Made by a program: the position numbers and the translations under genes. Positions 57,336 to 64,000 of a stretch of DNA of 64,000 bases are shown here, one piece after another. Under the pieces are notes generated by a model. The model was not told where the DNA came from, did not search any database, and saw only the letters and a program-made list of their open reading frames with translations. This DNA comes from Phyllobates terribilis (Eukaryota). How positions within the stretch are numbered: the first letter of the stretch is position 1; the number at the start of each line of letters is the position of its first letter. The stretch covers positions 1,230,762,001 to 1,230,826,000 of the forward strand of contig NW_027362761.1 of the NCBI RefSeq assembly GCF_046119375.1, in the 5' to 3' direction.

Positions 57336-58041
57336 GAGGAGCAATGGGTGGGGATCGTAATCTCCCTCCTCCAGAGTGACCCTCAAGCCTGGGCATTTTC
57401 TCTTCTAGGCGTTAGGTCACATATAAATGACCCCGACCATGTCTCCCTGGTGGAATCCACACTACGTCAGCTTCGGCAGGGAGACCGGCTGGCGGAGAAG
57501 TATTGCTCCCGAGTTTCGGAGGTGGTCCACAGACACTAAGTGGAATGACCCTGCACTCTGTAGCCAGTTCATTCAAGGGTTATCAGTAAAGGATGCTTTT
57601 GCCCTACATGAGTCCCCGATCTCCCTGGAGACGACCATGTCTTTGGCCATCTGCATGGACCACAGTCTTTGTCAGAGACATAAGGAGACACCCCTATTTC
57701 CGGGGGGCCCGGTGTCACGGGAATTGGGCATGAGGCTACTATAGAACCCATGCAGTTGGGTGGGTCGGCACATTTTGTGGGTGCAATGGTACTTTGGAGT
57801 AAAGAGGGAGAGTGCTTTTTCTGTGGTGGAAGGGGTCATTTTGTGAGTATGTGTCCTTCCATACTCCCACTGTAAAAAACTGCCGGAAAACTGAGGAGAC
57901 CGGGTTGCGGGGAGGTTGGCAATCCGGTTGTACTTATTTCTTCCCTTGGTAGATCTCAATTTTTCCACCACCCAAGATCCATCCCGGCAAAGAGAAGGTG
58001 ATCATTTCTGCCTTTCTGGACAGTGGTGCAGGGTTTAATTT
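57336..58041 (+). pseudogene. Degenerate Ty3/Gypsy gag-protease fragment
   Basis: EQWVGIVISLLQSDPQAWAFSL, RQGDR..., FRRWSTDTKWNDPALCSQFIQGLS, EPMQLG, CFFCGGRGHFVSMCP zinc knuckle, FLDSGAGFNL; frameshifted. Confidence 0.85.
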
Positions 58042-61000
58042 GAGGAGCCCCGTTCAGTCAGGAGCCACTGGGGCTCCGTAGAGTGAGGAGCCCCGTACAG
58101 TGAGGAGGAGCCAGGGACCCGTACAGTGAGGAGCCCCGTACAGTGAGGAGAAGCCAGGGACCTGTACAGCGAGGAGCCCCGTACACTGAGGAGCAGCGAG
58201 GGGACCCATACAGTGAAAAGCCCCATACAGTGTGGATCTGAAAGGGCAAGTACAGTGAGGAGCCGCCGGGGGCCCTACACAATCCGGAGCCCTGTACAGT
58301 CAGGAACCACTGGGGGACCGGCACAGTGACAAGTCCCGTACAGTCAGGAGCAGCCGGGGGCCCCTTACATTGAGGAGCCCCATACACTGAGGAGCTCCGT
58401 ACAGTCAGGAGCCGTCGGGGGACCCATACAGTGAGGTGCCCTGTACAGTGAGGAGCCACCGGAGGACCCGTACAGTGAGGAGCCCCGTACAGTCAGGAGC
58501 TGCCGAGGGACCCATACAGTGAGGAGCCCCATACAGTCAGGAGCTGCCAGGGGACCTATACATTGAGGAACCCCATACAGTGAGAAGCTGCTGGGGGACC
58601 TGTACAGTGAGGAGTTGCCACGGGACCCATACAGAGAGGAGCTCCGTACAGTGAGGAGCAGCAGGGGACCTGTACAGTCAGGAGCCCCATACAGTGAGGA
58701 GCAGCGGAGGGACCCGTATTGTCAGGGGCAGCCGAAAGACCTGTAGAGTCAAGAACCCCGTACAGTGAGAAGCAGCCAGGGGACCCATACAGTGAGGAGC
58801 AGACGGGGAACCTGGACAGTGAGGAGCAGCCGGGGGACCTGTACAGTGAGGAGCAGCCGGGGGACCTGTACAGTGAGGAGCAGCCGGGGTTCTGTACAGT
58901 GAGGAGCAGCCGAGGGTCCTGTAAAGTGAGGAGAAGCCGAGGTCCTGTATAGTGAGAAGCAGCCAGGGACCTGTACAATGAGGAGGAGACGGGGGGATCT
59001 GTACAGTGAGGATCAGTTGGGGGACCTGTGCAATGAGGACAGTCAGGGGATCTGAACAGTGAGGAGCAGCCTGAGGACCTGTACAGTGAGGAGCCGCCGT
59101 GGTACCTGAACAGTGAGGAGCCCTGTACAGTGAGGAGCAGCCGGGGAACCTGTACAGTGAAGAGCAGCTGGGGGAGCTGTATAGTGAGGAGCAGCTGGGG
59201 TACTGCACAGTGACGAACAGCCGGGGGACCTGTACAGTGAGGAGCAGCCGGGGTCCTGTACAGTGAGGAGCAGCCGGGGTGCTGTACAGTGAGAAGCAGC
59301 TGGGATCCTGTACAGTGAGGAGCAGCCGGGGGACCTGTACAGTGAGGAGCAGCAGAGAAACCTGTACAGTGAGGAGCAGCCGGGGATCCTGTACACTGAG
59401 GAGCAGCCGGGGTCCTGTACACTGAGGAGCAGCCGGGGTCCTGTACATAGAGGAGCAGCTGGGGGTCCTGTACAGTGAGGAGCAGCCGGTGATCTGTACA
59501 CTAAGGAGCAGCCGGGGAACTGTACAGTGAGGAGCAGCCGGGGACCTGTACAGTGAGGAGCAGCCGAGTATCTGTACAGTGAGGAGCAGCTGTGGATCTC
59601 TACAGTGAGGAGCAGCCGGGGATCTCTACAGTGAGGAGCAGCCGGGGACTTGTACAGTGAGAAGCCGGGGACCTGTAAAGTGAGGATCAGTTAGGGACAT
59701 GCACAGTGAGGAGCAGCCGGGGCCTGTACAGTGAAGAGCAGCCAGGCGACCGGTACAGTGAGGAGTCCTGTACAGTGAAGAGCAGCCGGGGACGTGTACA
59801 GTGAGGAGCAGCGGGGGACCTGTACAGTGAGGAACAGCCGGGGTCCTGTGGTGAAGAGCAGCCGGGGTATCTGTACAGTGAGAAGCAGCCGGGGTTCTGT
59901 ACAGTGAGAAGCAGCAGGGTAACCCATACAGTAAGGAGCAGCTGACGGATCCGTACAGTGAGGAGCAGCCGGGGTCCTGTAGTGAAGAGCAGCCAGGCAC
60001 CTGTACAGTGATGAGCAGCCGGGGTCCTGTACAGTGAGGAGCAGCCGGGGGACCTGTACAGTGAGGAGCAGCCGAGGATCCTGTACAGTGAAGAGCAGTC
60101 GGGGACCTGTATAGTGAGGAGCAGCTGGGGGACCTGTACAGTGAGGACAGCTGGGGGATCTGTACAGTGAGGACAGCTGGGGGATCTGTACAGTGAGGAG
60201 CAGCCGGGGGTCCTGTACAGTGAGGAGCAGCCGGGGGTCCTGTATAGTGATGACCAGCTTGGGGTCTTGTACAGTGAGGAGCAGCCGGGGTCTTGTAGTG
60301 AGGAGCCGCCGGGGGACCTGTACAGTGAGGAGCAGCCGGGGTCCTGTAGTGAGGAGCAGCCGAGGGACCTGTACAGTGAGGAGCAGTCGGGGGTCCTGTA
60401 CAGTGAGGAGCAGCCGGGGGTCCTGTACAGTGAGGAGTAGTCGGGGGATCTGTACAGTGAGAAGCAGCCGAGGGATCTGTACAGTGAGGAGCAGCCGGGG
60501 GATCTGTACAGTGAGGAGCAGCCGTGGGTCCTGTACGGTGAGGAGCAGCCAGGGGTCCTGTACGGTGAGGAGCAGCCGGGGGACCTGTACAGTGAGGAGA
60601 AATTGGGGGTCCTGTACAGTGAGGAGTAGTCGGGGGTCCTGTACAGTGAGGAGCAGCCGGGGGATCTGTACAGTGAGAAGCAGCCGTGGGATCTGTACAG
60701 TGAGGAGCAATCTGGGGATCTGTACAGTGAGGAGCAGTCGGGGGATCTGTACAGTGAGGAGCAGCTGGGGTCCTGTACAGTGAGGAGCAGCCGGGGGACC
60801 TGGACCTGTACAGTGAGGAGCAGCCAGGGGATCTGTACAGTGAGGAGCAGCAGGGGGATCTGTACAGTGAGGAGCAGCCGGGGGATCTGTACAGTGAGGA
60901 GCAGCCGGGGGACCTGTAAAAGTGAGGAGCAGCTGGGGGATCTGTACAGTGAAGAGCAGCCGGGGGATCTGTACAGTGAGGAGCAGCAGGGGGATCTGTA

Positions 61001-61482
61001 CAGTGAGGAGCAGCTGGGGGATCTGTACAGTGAGGAGCAGCCGGGGGACCTGGACCTGTACAGTGAGGAGCAGCCAGGGGATCTGTACAGTGAGGAGCAG
61101 CAGGGGGATCTGTACAGTGAGGAGCAGCCGGGGGATCTGTACAGTGAGGAGCAGCCGGGGGACCTGTAAAAGTGAGGAGCAGCTGGGGGATCTGTACAGT
61201 GAGGAGCAGCCGGGGGATCTGTACAGTGAGGAGCAGCAGGGGGATCTGTACGGTGAGGAGCAGCCAGGGACCCTGTACGGTGAGGAGCAGCCGGGGGATC
61301 TGTACAGTGAGGAGCAGCCGGGGGATCTGTACAGTGAGGAGCAGCCGGGGGATCTGTACAGTGAGGAGCAGCCGGGGGATCTGTACAGTGAGGAGCAGCC
61401 AGGGACCCTGTACGGTGAGGAGCAGCCGGGGGATCTGTACGGTGAGGAGCAGTCGGGGGTCCTGTACAGTGAGGAGCAGCCG
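58042..61482. repeat. 27-bp minisatellite (~125 units), degenerate at left and homogeneous at right
   Basis: Unit ctgtacagtgaggagcagccggggga(t/c); 9-aa periodicity DLYSEEQPG; ~250-bp block duplication at 60780-61280. Confidence 0.96.
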
Positions 61483-61539
61483 GTGGTCGCAAGCTCCAGG
61501 ATTCACATTCACACTTGCGTGCAGGGTCGGGTATATTGT

Positions 61540-61728
61540 GGGCGTGGTCATGATAATTTAATTACAGGAAGTGATTGTGCCAGTGGAGGATGCTGGGAAG
61601 TGCTGGCGGATATGAAGTCGAGTAGTTCACGCTCCATGTCCGTGATGTCACACGACCGGAAGTGGCGATGTGTGGGCAGAAATAAGAGGAGAGACTGGCG
61701 GAAGATGAAGTGCATCTGACAGGTGAGA
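61540..61728 (+). promoter_or_regulatory. Housekeeping-type promoter and probable first (non-coding) exon of a plus-strand gene
   Basis: GC box GGGCGTGG (61540), ETS sites CAGGAAGTG (61565) and CCGGAAGTG (61656), ATF-like TGATGTCA (61643), strong donor CAG|GTGAGA at 61723, CpG-rich flank. Confidence 0.6.
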
Positions 61729-61844
61729 CCCCAGAGATGGCGGAGAAGCGGCGGAGGGGCTCCGGTCCCCGCTCCGCACAGGCGCAGTGTTCACCGCTCA
61801 GTGCTGACAGTCTGCGGAGGGGAGAGCGGAGCCCATCATGGAGC

Positions 61845-63798
61845 GTGTACACAGCCATATATATACACAGCCATAGAGATAGGGATATAGATATATACAC
61901 AGCCATAGAGATAGGGATATATATATACACAGCCATAGAGATAGGGATATATATATACACACAGCCATAGAGATAGGGATATATATATATACACACAGCC
62001 ATAGAGATAGGGATATAGATATATACACACAGCCATAGAGATAGGGATATATATATATATATATATACACAGCCATAGAGATAGGGATATAGATATATAC
62101 ACAGCCATAGAGATAGGGATATATATATACACAACCATAGAGATAGGGATATATATATACACACAGCCATAGAGATAGGGATATATATATACACACACAG
62201 CCATAGAGATAGGGATATATATATACACACAACCATAGAGATAGGGATATATATATACACACAGCCATAGGGATACGGATATATGTATACAGCCATAGAG
62301 ATAGGGATATAGATATATACACAGCCATAGAGATAGGGATATATATATATACACACAACCATAGAGATAGGGATATATATATACACACAGCCATAGGGAT
62401 ACGGATATATGTATACAGCCATAGAGATAGGGATATAGATATATACACAGCCATAGAGATAGGGATATATATATATATACACAGCCATAGAGATAGGGAT
62501 ATATATATACACACAGCCATAGAGATAGGGATATATATATACACACAGCCATAGAGATAGGGATATATATATACAGCCATAGAGATAGGGATATATATAT
62601 ATATATACACAGCCATAGAGATAGGGATATATATATATATATACACAGCCATAGAGATAGGGATATATATTTATATACACAGCCATAGAGATAGGGATAT
62701 ATATATATATATACACAGCCATAGAGATAGGGATATATATTTATATACACAGCCATAGAGATAGGGATATATATATATATATATATACACAGCCATAGAG
62801 ATAGGGATATATATTTATATACACAGCCATAGAGATAGGGATATATATATACACACAGCCATAGAGATAGGGATATATATATATATACAGCCATAGAGAT
62901 AGGGATATATATNNNNNNNNNNNNNNNNNNNNNNNNNNNNNNNNNNNNNNNNNNNNNNNNNNNNNNNNNNNNNNNNNNNNNNNNNNNNNNNNNNNNNNNN
63001 NNNNNNNNNNNNNNNNNNNNNNNNNNNNNNNNNNNNNNNNNNNNNNNNNNNNNNNNNNNNNNNNNNNNNNNNNNNNNNNNNNNNNNNNNNNNNNNNNNNN
63101 NNNNNNNNNNNNNNGGATATATATATATACACAGCCATAGAGATAGGGATATATATATATATACACAGCCATAGAGATAGGGATATATATATATATACAC
63201 AGCCATAGAGATAGGGATATATATATATATATACACAGCCATAGAGATAGGGATATATATATATACACAGCCATAGAGATAGGGATATATATATATATAC
63301 ACAGCCATAGAGATAGGGATATATATATACACACAGCCATAGAGATAGGGATATATATATATACAGCCATAGAGATAGGGATATATATATATACAGCCAT
63401 AGAGATAGGGATATAGATATATACACAGCCATAGAGATAGGGATATATATATACACACAGCCATAGAGATAGGGATATATATATACACACAGCCATAGAG
63501 ATAGGGATATATATATACAGCCATAGAGATAGGGATATATATATATATATACACAGCCATAGAGATAGGGATATATATATATATATACACAGCCATAGAG
63601 ATAGGGATATATATTTATATACACAGCCATAGAGATAGGGATATATATATATATATACACAGCCATAGAGATAGGGATATATATTTATATACACAGCCAT
63701 AGAGATAGGGATATATATATACACACAGCCATAGAGATAGGGATATATATATATATACAGCCATAGAGATAGGGATATATATATACAGCCATAGAGAT

Positions 63799-63844
<46 letters not shown>

Positions 63845-63890
63845 CCATAGAGATAGGGATATATATATATATATACACAGCCATAGAGAT

Positions 63891-63934
<44 letters not shown>

Positions 63935-64000
63935 CCATAGAGAAAGGGATATATATATATATACACAGCCATAGAGATAGGGATATATATATATACACAG
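61845..64000. repeat. ~28-40-bp compound minisatellite with variable (AT)n
   Basis: Unit acacagccatagagataggg(at)n, n about 3-20; runs off the window end. Confidence 0.97.
62913..63114. other. Assembly gap (202 N) inside the array
   Basis: Run of N with the same repeat on both sides. Confidence 1.

Noticed and set aside
16291-61482. CRISPR-like appearance of regular 27-45-bp repeats
   Set aside because: Units are head-to-tail with no unique spacers, the context is eukaryotic, and no cas genes are present.

Overview
Vertebrate genomic DNA, most likely an anuran frog (inferred from the TE repertoire of CR1, IR/DR Tc1, chromodomain Gypsy and hAT MITE, and from gene content). About 75-80% of the window is tandem repeat. 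There are three assembly gaps (6611-6710, 47936-48035, 62913-63114). Two genes are recognisable. HTRA2 is on the minus strand, with three protease-domain exons of 195, 33 and 106 bp including the catalytic GNSGG. AUP1 is on the plus strand, with its last six coding exons (CUE and G2BR domains), stop and polyA signal. They are arranged head-to-head as in mammals, and their 5' exons and shared promoter are missing at the first gap. Short introns are 75-223 bp, while each long intron is almost entirely a different minisatellite. Downstream lie a 22.7-kb domain of one 33/39-bp satellite family (3.1 and 6.2 kb higher-order repeats, interrupted by a hAT MITE, a Gypsy remnant and a duplicated CR1), a 5.6-kb GGA-rich satellite and a young chromovirus (LTR plus open pol). 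These are followed by two divergent housekeeping-type promoter/first-exon candidates (48.5 kb minus, 61.6 kb plus), each flanked by arrays, and a nested TE cluster. Nearly all long ORFs in the track are repeat artefacts. No new system is proven. The best leads are an in-frame tandem array of HTRA2 splice donors, a ~3.6-kb AG-free polypyrimidine intron, a purely AT-to-GC shifted satellite sub-array, and a ~80-copy CRE-like array abutting a promoter.
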